Source: Prochlorococcus marinus subsp. pastoris str. CCMP1986
GTDB taxonomy: Bacteria > Cyanobacteriota > Cyanobacteriia > PCC-6307 > Cyanobiaceae
Length of the DNA: 32,000 nucleotides
Assembly (NCBI RefSeq): GCF_000011465.1
Contig: NC_005072.1
Location: 1,230,001-1,262,000, forward strand
Direction of reading: 5' to 3'
Position 1 is the first letter of the stretch. Each line of letters starts with the position of its first letter. This document shows, one piece after another, positions 18,616-26,890 of the stretch. The notes beneath the pieces were generated by a model. The model had not been told where the DNA came from, did not search any database, and was given only the letters and a program-made list of their open reading frames with translations. The position numbers were made by a program, and so were the translations under genes.

Positions 18616-20055
18616 TTATTTAACTTGAGAAGCTGCCTGTTTATAAGCGACCTCAACTACTTCACTAAGGGTAGGGTGAGTATGTACTTCAGTAGATAGT
18701 TGCATTACATCTTGGTTTCTAGAGATTGCATTTGCAATTTCTTGAATCAAATCAGCTGCATGCATCCCAAAGATATGGGCACCTAATACTTTTCCACTGT
18801 CTTTATTGAAAAGTAACTTAAGAATTCCATCGCTTTCTAATTCTGCTAATGCCTTGGAATTAGCTTTAAAATAGCTCTTCACAACTCCTAAAGTAAAACC
18901 CTCTTTGCTAGCTATTTCTTTAGCATCAGTTTCAGATAAGCCAACTGAACTTATCTCAGGATGAGTAAATGTTGCAGCTGGAATACTCCCATAATTGATT
19001 TCGATATTCTCACCACATATATTTTCAACAGCAATTGTTCCTTGAGCTGCTGCTGTATGGGCAAGCATAAGTTTGCCAGTAACGTCACCAACGGCCCAAA
19101 CATTAGGTATTATTTTTTCACCATTTAAAACTCTCATTTGATCATCAATAGGAATGTAACCTTTTATAGTTTCTATACCAACTGAATCAAGATTAAGATT
19201 TTTACTATTAGGACTCCTCCCAGTAGCCACAAGAACGCCATCAACTTCTAAGTTTTCTACAATTTCTTTTGATTTTGCATCCGTTAGCTCTATCTTTACA
19301 GGGCATCCAGGGGTAATTTTAGTCGCAAACACATTAGATTTTGTATCAATATCTCTTGATTGAATAAGATTTTTCTTGGCTATTTTTGTAATATCCGGAT
19401 CAAAGGTGGGCATTATATTTTCCAAAGCCTCAATGATGGTCACTTCGCAACCTAGAGCGGTATATACATCAGCGAATTCTAAACCTATATATCCACTTCC
19501 AATAATGGCTATCCATCTCGGGAGCCACTCAAGTTTTACTGCTTCATCACTTGTGAAAACTGTTCTATTGTCTAAAGTTATTCCAGGAGGCACAAAGGGA
19601 GAAGAACCTGTCGCAAGAACTATATTTTTACATGTAAAGATCCTATCAATTCCATTGTTGTCTCTTACTCCTACTTTCTGATTACCTTCAAGTCTTCCAA
19701 ATCCTAAAATAATTTCAACTCCACTTCTTTTGAGGGTTTTTGTTAAATTTTCTCTAACGTTTGATACTAAATTATTGGCGTGATCAGCAATTTTTGATCT
19801 TTCGAATCTAACAGGGGAAGCATGAATACCAAACTTTGCTAGATGTTCGTAATTGGCTATTTCTCTAACTTTTCCACTTGCTGCTAAAAGAGCTTTTGAA
19901 GGTACGCATCCTTTATTTACGCAAGTACCTCCCATATCTCCAGACTCTATGATGGCAACTTTAAGACCTTTTTCTGCAGCATGTTTGGCGGCATCAAATC
20001 CTCCATATCCTGCACCAATTACTATCAAATCAAAGTCAAAATTTGTATCAGTCAC
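18616..20055 (-). CDS. lpdA: Dihydrolipoyl dehydrogenase (E3)
   Basis: GAGYGG, the redox-active GGTCVNKGCVPSK, and C-terminal HTHPTLSE. The GTG start overlaps the upstream gene's stop (GTGA). Confidence 0.93.
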   Translation of the reverse strand: MTDTNFDFDLIVIGAGYGGFDAAKHAAEKGLKVAIIESGDMGGTCVNKGCVPSKALLAASGKVREIANYEHLAKFGIHASPVRFERSKIADHANNLVSNVRENLTKTLKRSGVEIILGFGRLEGNQKVGVRDNNGIDRIFTCKNIVLATGSSPFVPPGITLDNRTVFTSDEAVKLEWLPRWIAIIGSGYIGLEFADVYTALGCEVTIIEALENIMPTFDPDITKIAKKNLIQSRDIDTKSNVFATKITPGCPVKIELTDAKSKEIVENLEVDGVLVATGRSPNSKNLNLDSVGIETIKGYIPIDDQMRVLNGEKIIPNVWAVGDVTGKLMLAHTAAAQGTIAVENICGENIEINYGSIPAATFTHPEISSVGLSETDAKEIASKEGFTLGVVKSYFKANSKALAELESDGILKLLFNKDSGKVLGAHIFGMHAADLIQEIANAISRNQDVMQLSTEVHTHPTLSEVVEVAYKQAASQVK

Positions 20056-20792
20056 TTTTGTATTCTTGAAGTAGAAGTATATGTGACTCTTTTTCGTTCA
20101 AGTAATAATGGAACTGCAACACAAGCCACATTCAATGATTCTACAAGCTCACTATGCGGAATAGTAATTGTTTCATTAAAAGCTTCTTGAATTCTTTTAT
20201 GAATACCATTTCCTTCATTGCCCAATATAAGAGCGGTTGGTTTAGACCAATCAATTTCCCAATATGGTTTTTGAGATTTATAAAGATTTTTATTATGGCT
20301 ACTTGTAGAAATTATTTGAAACCCGTTTTTTGAAAATTGATCTAATGATGACAATAAAGAATTAATTATTTCTTCTTCACCTCCATCAAATCTTTTAAAT
20401 GGGAGATGAAAAACAGATCCACTAGATGCTCGTAATACCTTTTGACCTAAGGGGTGCGCTCCCCCTGCTAATAATATCTTACTAACACCAGCAGCTAAAG
20501 CTGTTCTAAAAAGGTTCCCCATATTCCCGGGGTCTTGAATCCTATCAAGGACAAGAATAAAGTCATCTTCAATATTATTAAAGTCAAAATTAGGTATTGA
20601 TGAAATCTCTACCAAGGCGGCTACTCCATCAGGATTTTTTGTAGATACTGCTGAAGCTAAAACTTCCTCTGATACGACATTTATTAATGATTGATCAATC
20701 TTTTGATAAAGATCCTCATTTTTATCAAGCCATTTTTCAGTAGTTAAAATTTTTGAAGGATGATTGCCAGACTTCAGCATTTCTTCAATCAA
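20052..20792 (-). CDS. SpoU/TrmH-family RNA 2'-O-methyltransferase. Coordinates run from the first canonical start (TTG); coding clearly extends upstream, up to 20918
   Basis: SPOUT motifs are present: LVLDRIQDPGNMGNLFRTALAAG, ALILGNEGNGI, and IPHSELVESLNVA. The upstream in-frame sequence ITSKSNALVKIFRSFKK...YFCIEGTHL matches the family's N-terminal domain. Confidence 0.85.
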   Translation of the reverse strand: MIEEMLKSGNHPSKILTTEKWLDKNEDLYQKIDQSLINVVSEEVLASAVSTKNPDGVAALVEISSIPNFDFNNIEDDFILVLDRIQDPGNMGNLFRTALAAGVSKILLAGGAHPLGQKVLRASSGSVFHLPFKRFDGGEEEIINSLLSSLDQFSKNGFQIISTSSHNKNLYKSQKPYWEIDWSKPTALILGNEGNGIHKRIQEAFNETITIPHSELVESLNVACVAVPLLLERKRVTYTSTSRIQK

Positions 20793-21102
20793 ATGAGTAC
20801 CTTCAATGCAAAAATAATCTTTATCTTTTGTATTAGATCCTTTTTTAAATGATCTAAATATTTTAACTAAAGCATTACTTTTACTAGTTATTTTTGGAAA
20901 AAATTTTTCTATAGTAATTTAAATAAATTTTATTTTAAATACATCTTAGTAACTTAAATATTTTGATCAATTATTTTTTTTAAATCTTAATTCTTAGCCT
21001 TTTAAATTTATACCCTTTAGTATTAATTAATATTCATCGCGTTACACAGGGTGGACTTACTATATTTAGTTTGTCATTATTAGACCAATAAAAAAATTCT
21101 TA

Positions 21103-22476
21103 ATGGTTTGCGTAAGCAACAATAAGTCATATCTTAAATCCCAACATTTAAAGATTATTGGCCAAAAAACCTTAAGAGGGAAGGTAAAAATAAGTGGTGC
21201 AAAGAATTCTGCTTTAGTATTACTTGCGGCATCATTACTAACTGACGAAAAAATCATATTAGATAATGTTCCTCTTCTGACTGATATTGAGAAGATGGGA
21301 AATATACTTAAGAATTTAGGAGTTAAATTACATAATAAAGATCATCAATTAATAATTGATTCAAAGAATATATCTATACAAGAACTTCCATATGAACTTG
21401 TAAATGGATTAAGAGCTAGTTTCTTTTGTATTGGAGCATTATTAACAAGATTTGGGGAGGCTTCAATACCTTTACCTGGTGGGTGCAATATTGGTGAAAG
21501 ACCTATCAACGAGCATATAAACGGGCTAAGGGCACTAGGTGCAGAAATTATCATTGACAGAGATGTCGTAAAAGCAAAACTAGTCAAGAAGAAAACTAAA
21601 CTATTTGGTGCAAATATCAGATTAAATTGTCCAAGTGTTGGGGCTACTGAAACGTTAATAATGGCGGCATCCTTAGCAGAAGGCAGGACTGTGATAGAGA
21701 ATGCTGCAAGGGAGCCTGAAATTCAAGATTTATGTCAGATGTTAAATAAAATGGGAGCAAAAATTTATGACTCTGGTAAAGAAAAAATAATTATTGATGG
21801 AGTACATAAACTTCATGGCTGTACTCATAAAGTAATCCCAGATAGAATTGAAGCAGGAACTTTTTTAATAGCTGCTGCTGCAACTTCATCTTCAATTACA
21901 GTTTCTCCAGTAATTCCAAATCACTTAGAGGCAGTATTAAATAAGCTAGAAGAAAGTGGTAGTAAAATAATAATAAAAGGAAATTCGATTTCAATAAAAG
22001 GTAATAACATTAAAGCAGTAGATATTAAAACCGCTCCATTTCCAGGATTCCCTACCGACTTACAGGCTCCATTTATGGCTCTAATGACTATTGCAAAAGG
22101 GAGATCTAAGATCACCGAAACAATTTTTGAAAATAGAATGAATCATGTTGATCTTTTAAATCAAATGGGAAGCTCTATAACTTTGAAAAATAATATAGCT
22201 CACATAAATGGAGTTAAAAAATTAAGAGGAATGACATTAGTTGGATCAGACTTGAGATCTTCAGCAGCGCTTATAATTGCTGCTTTAACCTCTAAAAGTG
22301 TTAGTTATGTATATGGGCTTGAACATCTAGATAGGGGTTACGAAAATTTTGAGCAAAAATTATCTAAATTAGGTATTGAAATTAAGAGACAAATAACGAA
22401 ACAGACCATTAACAAGTCAAAAAATCGCAGTTCTAACTCAAAACTTAAAGAGGTATCTGAAATAAGAGCAGCTTGA
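21103..22476 (+). CDS. murA: UDP-N-acetylglucosamine 1-carboxyvinyltransferase
   Basis: ISGAKNSAL, LPGGCNIGERPI (catalytic Cys), and FPGFPTDLQAPF. It carries a basic C-terminal tail of about 30 aa. Confidence 0.93.
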   Translation: MVCVSNNKSYLKSQHLKIIGQKTLRGKVKISGAKNSALVLLAASLLTDEKIILDNVPLLTDIEKMGNILKNLGVKLHNKDHQLIIDSKNISIQELPYELVNGLRASFFCIGALLTRFGEASIPLPGGCNIGERPINEHINGLRALGAEIIIDRDVVKAKLVKKKTKLFGANIRLNCPSVGATETLIMAASLAEGRTVIENAAREPEIQDLCQMLNKMGAKIYDSGKEKIIIDGVHKLHGCTHKVIPDRIEAGTFLIAAAATSSSITVSPVIPNHLEAVLNKLEESGSKIIIKGNSISIKGNNIKAVDIKTAPFPGFPTDLQAPFMALMTIAKGRSKITETIFENRMNHVDLLNQMGSSITLKNNIAHINGVKKLRGMTLVGSDLRSSAALIIAALTSKSVSYVYGLEHLDRGYENFEQKLSKLGIEIKRQITKQTINKSKNRSSNSKLKEVSEIRAA

Positions 22477-22484
22477 TCTTGACC

Positions 22485-22595
22485 TTAAACGTAAGCTACA
22501 TTAACAAGTGACACACAGCCAATAAAGAGAAAGGACAATACTAAGAAACGAACAGACCAATATTTATTTAATCCATTAATTTTTAAATCATTCAT
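22485..22595 (-). CDS. Mini-ORF B: 36-aa predicted single-TM protein
   Basis: MNDLKINGLNKYWSVRFLVLSFLFIGCVSLVNVAYV. Its ATG overlaps the stop of mini-ORF A (ATGA). It is below the ORF-track size cutoff. Confidence 0.4.
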   Translation of the reverse strand: MNDLKINGLNKYWSVRFLVLSFLFIGCVSLVNVAYV

Positions 22596-22711
22596 ACCCA
22601 TGTGCCGCCGTTAGTACCGAAAGCAGTGAAAATAGCTACTGCTATAAATAAATATGGAGCTAACCTAAATGATAATTTTTGAGTATTATTTTTTGTTTTG
22701 ATTCCTGACAT
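22592..22711 (-). CDS. Mini-ORF A: 39-aa predicted single-TM protein
   Basis: MSGIKTKNNTQKLSFRLAPYLFIAVAIFTAFGTNGGTWV. A basic N-terminus is followed by a hydrophobic helix. By eye, the local G+C is higher than in the flanking non-coding DNA. Confidence 0.4.
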   Translation of the reverse strand: MSGIKTKNNTQKLSFRLAPYLFIAVAIFTAFGTNGGTWV

Positions 22712-22992
22712 AATTTTTTATAAGCATTACTAAGAAATATAACACAATATTACTATCTGTGAAGTCTAATCATCAAAACTAGTCTTCAGAACTCTATTCT
22801 GAGACAGTAATGTTTCAAAAGTGTAACTTAAGGCTATATTTTGAGCTTAATTTCTAATCTTATGTGTTTAATTTAAGATCTTTTTTTGGATTATTTATTT
22901 TTTTTAACAACTCTTTTCCGTAAAGCAGAAAAAGTAGTCAATGCATGAAATATTGTTATAGTTAAATAAGTTAATTATTTGTGAAGAGCCTT

Positions 22993-23074
22993 GGGAGCGT
23001 GGTGGAATTGGTAGACGCACCGCACTCAAAATGCGGCACCTTCGGGTATGTCGGTTCAAGTCCGACCGCTCCCA
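22993..23074 (+). tRNA. tRNA-Leu (anticodon CAA), class II with a long variable arm; CCA not encoded
   Basis: Folded by hand. Acceptor GGGAGCG/CGCTCCC; anticodon stem CCGCA/TGCGG with loop CTCAAAA; 13-nt variable arm; T arm GTCGG-TTCAAGT-CCGAC; discriminator A. Confidence 0.9.
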
Positions 23075-23079
23075 CTTTA

Positions 23080-24255
23080 ATGAATACTTATACTAGATTT
23101 GATATTTCTTTCAAGAAAGGTAATGGATGTTGGCTATGGGATGAAAAAGGCAAAAAATATCTTGATGCTGTGGCTGGTATAGCAACATGTAGCCTAGGGC
23201 ATAGCAATAGAATCTTAAGAAAAAAGTTATCCGCACAATTAAAAAAAGTTCAGCACATCTCAAATCTTTATAAAATTGAAGAGCAAGAAGAATTAAGCAA
23301 ATATTTAACTAAACAGAGTTGCGCTGAAAGTGTTTTTTTCTGCAATAGTGGTGCCGAGGCAAATGAGTCAGCTATTAAATTAATCAAAAAGTATGGTAAT
23401 ACAGTACATAAAGGTAAAGAATCTTTTATTCTTGCTGCTGAATCTAGCTTTCATGGTAGAACACTCGCAACTTTAAGTGCTACTGGTCAGCCTAAGTACC
23501 AAAAAGGTTTTGAACCAATGGTTAAAGGTTTTAAGTTTTTTAAATATAATGATATTGCTTCTGTAAAAAAATTATTTGAAGAATTAAAAGCAAATAACCA
23601 AAAAGCTTCAGGGATTTTAGTTGAACCTATTCAAGGAGAAGGAGGTGTAATACCTGGAGATAAAAAATTTTTTAAAGAATTAAGAGAAATTTGTAATAAA
23701 TACAATTCTCTTTTAATTCTTGATGAAGTTCAGAGTGGAGTAGGGAGAACGGGAAAAATGTGGGGATATGAGAATCTAGAAATCGAACCAGATGGATTCA
23801 CATTAGCTAAAGGATTAGGCGGAGGGCATGCAATTGGTGCTTTATTGGTACAAAAAAAAGCGAACATTTTTACTCCTGGAGATCACGCAAGTACTTTTGG
23901 TGGCAATCCCTTTGCTTGTAGAGCTGCCATAACAGTTTTAGAAGAAATTAAAAGACGTAAAATTCTTAAAAACGTTTTAGAAAGAGGTAATCAATTAAAT
24001 GAGGGTTTTACGAAAATTTCAGCGAAATTTCCTAAAATTATTAGTGGCATAAGAGGACTAGGATTAATACAAGGACTTGTTATAAATGATTCCTACACAG
24101 ATGCAAAAACGATCACATTAAAAGCTTTTGATAAAGGTTTACTATTAGTACCGGCTGGAGGAAACGTTGTTAGGTTTGTACCACCTTTAATAATTTCGAG
24201 AAATGAGATCAATATACTTTTAAAGAAATTAGATTTAATTTTCGAAGAGATGTAA
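23080..24255 (+). CDS. argD: Acetylornithine aminotransferase
   Basis: MNTYTRFDISFKKGNGCWLWDEKGKKYLDAVAGIATCSLGH, DEVQSGVGRTG, and LAKGLGGG (PLP Lys). The true start is ATG 23080, not the track's GTG at 22981, which reads through the tRNA. Confidence 0.92.
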   Translation: MNTYTRFDISFKKGNGCWLWDEKGKKYLDAVAGIATCSLGHSNRILRKKLSAQLKKVQHISNLYKIEEQEELSKYLTKQSCAESVFFCNSGAEANESAIKLIKKYGNTVHKGKESFILAAESSFHGRTLATLSATGQPKYQKGFEPMVKGFKFFKYNDIASVKKLFEELKANNQKASGILVEPIQGEGGVIPGDKKFFKELREICNKYNSLLILDEVQSGVGRTGKMWGYENLEIEPDGFTLAKGLGGGHAIGALLVQKKANIFTPGDHASTFGGNPFACRAAITVLEEIKRRKILKNVLERGNQLNEGFTKISAKFPKIISGIRGLGLIQGLVINDSYTDAKTITLKAFDKGLLLVPAGGNVVRFVPPLIISRNEINILLKKLDLIFEEM

Positions 24256-24267
24256 ATTTTATTAATT

Positions 24268-25500
24268 TTGATTAATGTAAATATTGAGAATTTTGATTTA
24301 CTCTCGCCCAAATTAGAAAGGGAAAATATTCAATTAGGATTATCAAGAATAAAAAATGCGTTAAGAGATTTAGATGACCCATGCAAAAATATACCTGCTA
24401 TTCAAATTGTTGGGACAAATGGTAAAGGTTCGATTACCGCTTTTATAGAAAACATTCTTTATGCAGATAAAAAGAATATTGGGGTTACTACTTCACCTCA
24501 CCTTTTAGATATTTGTGAAAGGATCAGAGTGAATAAAGAAAAGATTAGTAAGGAAGAATTTGAAAGACTATTTAAGAAAATAAAAAATAATCTTTCAACC
24601 CATAAATTATCTCCTTTTGAACAAATTATCTGTTGTGCACTAAATTTTTTTGATTTTAAAAAAGTAGATTTATTAATTCTTGAAGCTGGTTTAGGTGGAC
24701 GATTAGACGCTACTACAGCCCATCCTTTAAGACCAATAATTGCTATTGGCAATATAGGTTTAGACCATAAAGAATATCTTGGAGACTCAATTGAAAAAAT
24801 TGCAAAAGAAAAAGTAGCTGTAATTGAAAAAAATGCATTTGTTATTTCTTGTCGTCAAGAAGCTGAAGTTGAGGAAATAATTAAAGCAAGAGTTAAACAA
24901 GTAAATGCAAAAATCATATGGAAAGAATCACTATCTAATGATTACGAAATTGGTTTAAAAGGTAATTTTCAAAAACAAAACGCAGCTGTTGCTATTGGAG
25001 TAATTGAAGAACTAATTAATTTTGGCTTTAAGGTTAAAGAAAGCTCCATTAAGGAAGGACTTAAGAATGCAAAATGGAGCGGGAGGTTAGAAATAATTAA
25101 ATGTTTTAATAAAAAGATTCTTGTTGATTCTGCACATAATTACTCTGCGGCAAAAGCCCTTTCAGAGGAAAGGAAAACTTGGAATAATAATAAGGAAGGG
25201 ATTTATTGGATTTTAGGAGTCCAAATACACAAAGATATTGCCTCAATGATAAAAGTTCTTATTAAAGAAAATGATCATATACTTTTAGTCCCAGTTCCTA
25301 ATCAAGCAAGTTGGAAATTAAAAGATCTATCTAATATTAACGAGCTAAATCATTTAGATATAAATGAGTTTGAAAAAGTTGATCTTGCTTTTAATTATCT
25401 TTTGGAGCTTGAAAAATGGCCAAAATGTAATCCTGTGCTTACAGGTTCAATATTTTTAGTTGCTGAGTTTATTAAATTTGCAAATAATCAAAAGTTTTAA
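24268..25500 (+). CDS. folC: Folylpolyglutamate synthase / dihydrofolate synthase
   Basis: P-loop VGTNGKGS and the Mur-ligase-family layout. The start is TTG. Confidence 0.88.
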   Translation: MINVNIENFDLLSPKLERENIQLGLSRIKNALRDLDDPCKNIPAIQIVGTNGKGSITAFIENILYADKKNIGVTTSPHLLDICERIRVNKEKISKEEFERLFKKIKNNLSTHKLSPFEQIICCALNFFDFKKVDLLILEAGLGGRLDATTAHPLRPIIAIGNIGLDHKEYLGDSIEKIAKEKVAVIEKNAFVISCRQEAEVEEIIKARVKQVNAKIIWKESLSNDYEIGLKGNFQKQNAAVAIGVIEELINFGFKVKESSIKEGLKNAKWSGRLEIIKCFNKKILVDSAHNYSAAKALSEERKTWNNNKEGIYWILGVQIHKDIASMIKVLIKENDHILLVPVPNQASWKLKDLSNINELNHLDINEFEKVDLAFNYLLELEKWPKCNPVLTGSIFLVAEFIKFANNQKF

Positions 25501-26852
25501 ATATTAAACTCATCTTTTATTTCCCACCCTTGCAATTTACCAGGATTTAATAAACCTTTTGGATCAAATTTTAATTTTGCTTTTACTTGATCAGAATCAA
25601 TAACTCCTAATCCACCTCCCTCAACAGTTAATACATGTGGATTAAAAATAATTGCTCCCAGTTTCTTACAATTATCTATTATTTGGTTTATTTGATCTGA
25701 ACTGTGCCATTTAATTACTGGCAAAGCAGCTAATCTAGGGACTCCTTGTTGAGAGACAGCTTCAAGATGCCAAAGAATATTCTTACCCCATTTTTCTCTC
25801 AAAGAATTAATTAGTTCGAATTCCTTATCTAGAGGTAAAAGCATCTGTAAATATGTCCAGTTTTTGTCCTTTGCCCTCATATGAAGGGTTGTATGATTCC
25901 AAACTACTTCAGAGATTCCATTTGTTAATTTATCTTCTTCTCCAAGAAGAAAAGAATTAACTTCATATTTTTTGCAAATTAATTCAATAGTTTTTATCCC
26001 CCCAAGCGTTGATTGAATCAAAATCTTGTGACTTTTAGATTTACCTTTAAACCAGGAAGGCATTTGATCTACAATTTCTTTCTCAAGAATTGCGCCAAGC
26101 TTTAAGTCAATTGCTGCAGTGGTACATGTTTTTAATATTTCGATTGTCTTATTTAACCCTTCACAGTCAATTATTATCGAGTACCACTTACGTTTTATAT
26201 CAGTAGCGATCAATAATGAAGTAATAATTCCATTAGTTCCATATGCATGATTTAAAGGTTCTGATTCTTCAGCATCAAATCTTAGTAATTTAGGCTCTTC
26301 ATTTATTGTTACAGCTTCTAAACCTATAAGATTCCCTGGATCTCTTAAAAATCCCCATCTAATTGAACCAATACCTCCTGAGCCCCCTGCAATAAAACCT
26401 CCTATAGTTGCAGTTTTCCATGTACTGGGAAGCAACCTTAATTCTCTTCCATATTTTTCTAGTTCTTTATTTAAATCTCCCATTAAGCATCCAGATTGTA
26501 CCTTTACAAAACCTGTCTCAGGATGAAATTCTTCAATTTTATTTAAACAATTCATCTGCATAACAATACCTTTAAACAAAGGGACAGCTTGTCCATAATT
26601 ACCTGTTCCTGAACCTCTTAAAGTAAGTGGTATCGAAAATTCCCAACAAATTTCTGCTACTTTCTTTACTGAATTTTGATCAATAGGTCGTACCACCAAG
26701 TCAGCGATACAACCATCTAGTTTCTTTTCGAGTATTGGAGAATAATTATAAAAGTCTTTTGAAAGCCTTTTCACATCGGAAGTCCTTTCAATAATTTCTA
26801 AATTATCAATTTTTTTTAATTGTTCTATTAATTTTGAATTTCTTGAAGACAT
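25497..26852 (-). CDS. FAD-linked oxidase (PCMH-type FAD-binding domain); substrate unknown
   Basis: LTLRGSGTGNYGQAVP, ATIGGFIAGGSGGIGS, and a 451-aa GlcD-like architecture. Confidence 0.8.
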   Translation of the reverse strand: MSSRNSKLIEQLKKIDNLEIIERTSDVKRLSKDFYNYSPILEKKLDGCIADLVVRPIDQNSVKKVAEICWEFSIPLTLRGSGTGNYGQAVPLFKGIVMQMNCLNKIEEFHPETGFVKVQSGCLMGDLNKELEKYGRELRLLPSTWKTATIGGFIAGGSGGIGSIRWGFLRDPGNLIGLEAVTINEEPKLLRFDAEESEPLNHAYGTNGIITSLLIATDIKRKWYSIIIDCEGLNKTIEILKTCTTAAIDLKLGAILEKEIVDQMPSWFKGKSKSHKILIQSTLGGIKTIELICKKYEVNSFLLGEEDKLTNGISEVVWNHTTLHMRAKDKNWTYLQMLLPLDKEFELINSLREKWGKNILWHLEAVSQQGVPRLAALPVIKWHSSDQINQIIDNCKKLGAIIFNPHVLTVEGGGLGVIDSDQVKAKLKFDPKGLLNPGKLQGWEIKDEFNI

Positions 26853-26890
26853 TAATAATTAATTTTTTACTTTAAACATAAAATAATTGA

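Noticed and set aside
22981-23079. The track's 424-aa ORF starts at GTG 22981, giving argD a 33-residue N-terminal extension (MKSLGSVVELVDAPHSK...).
   Set aside because: Those codons are the tRNA-Leu gene read as protein. The aminotransferase homology begins at ATG 23080.
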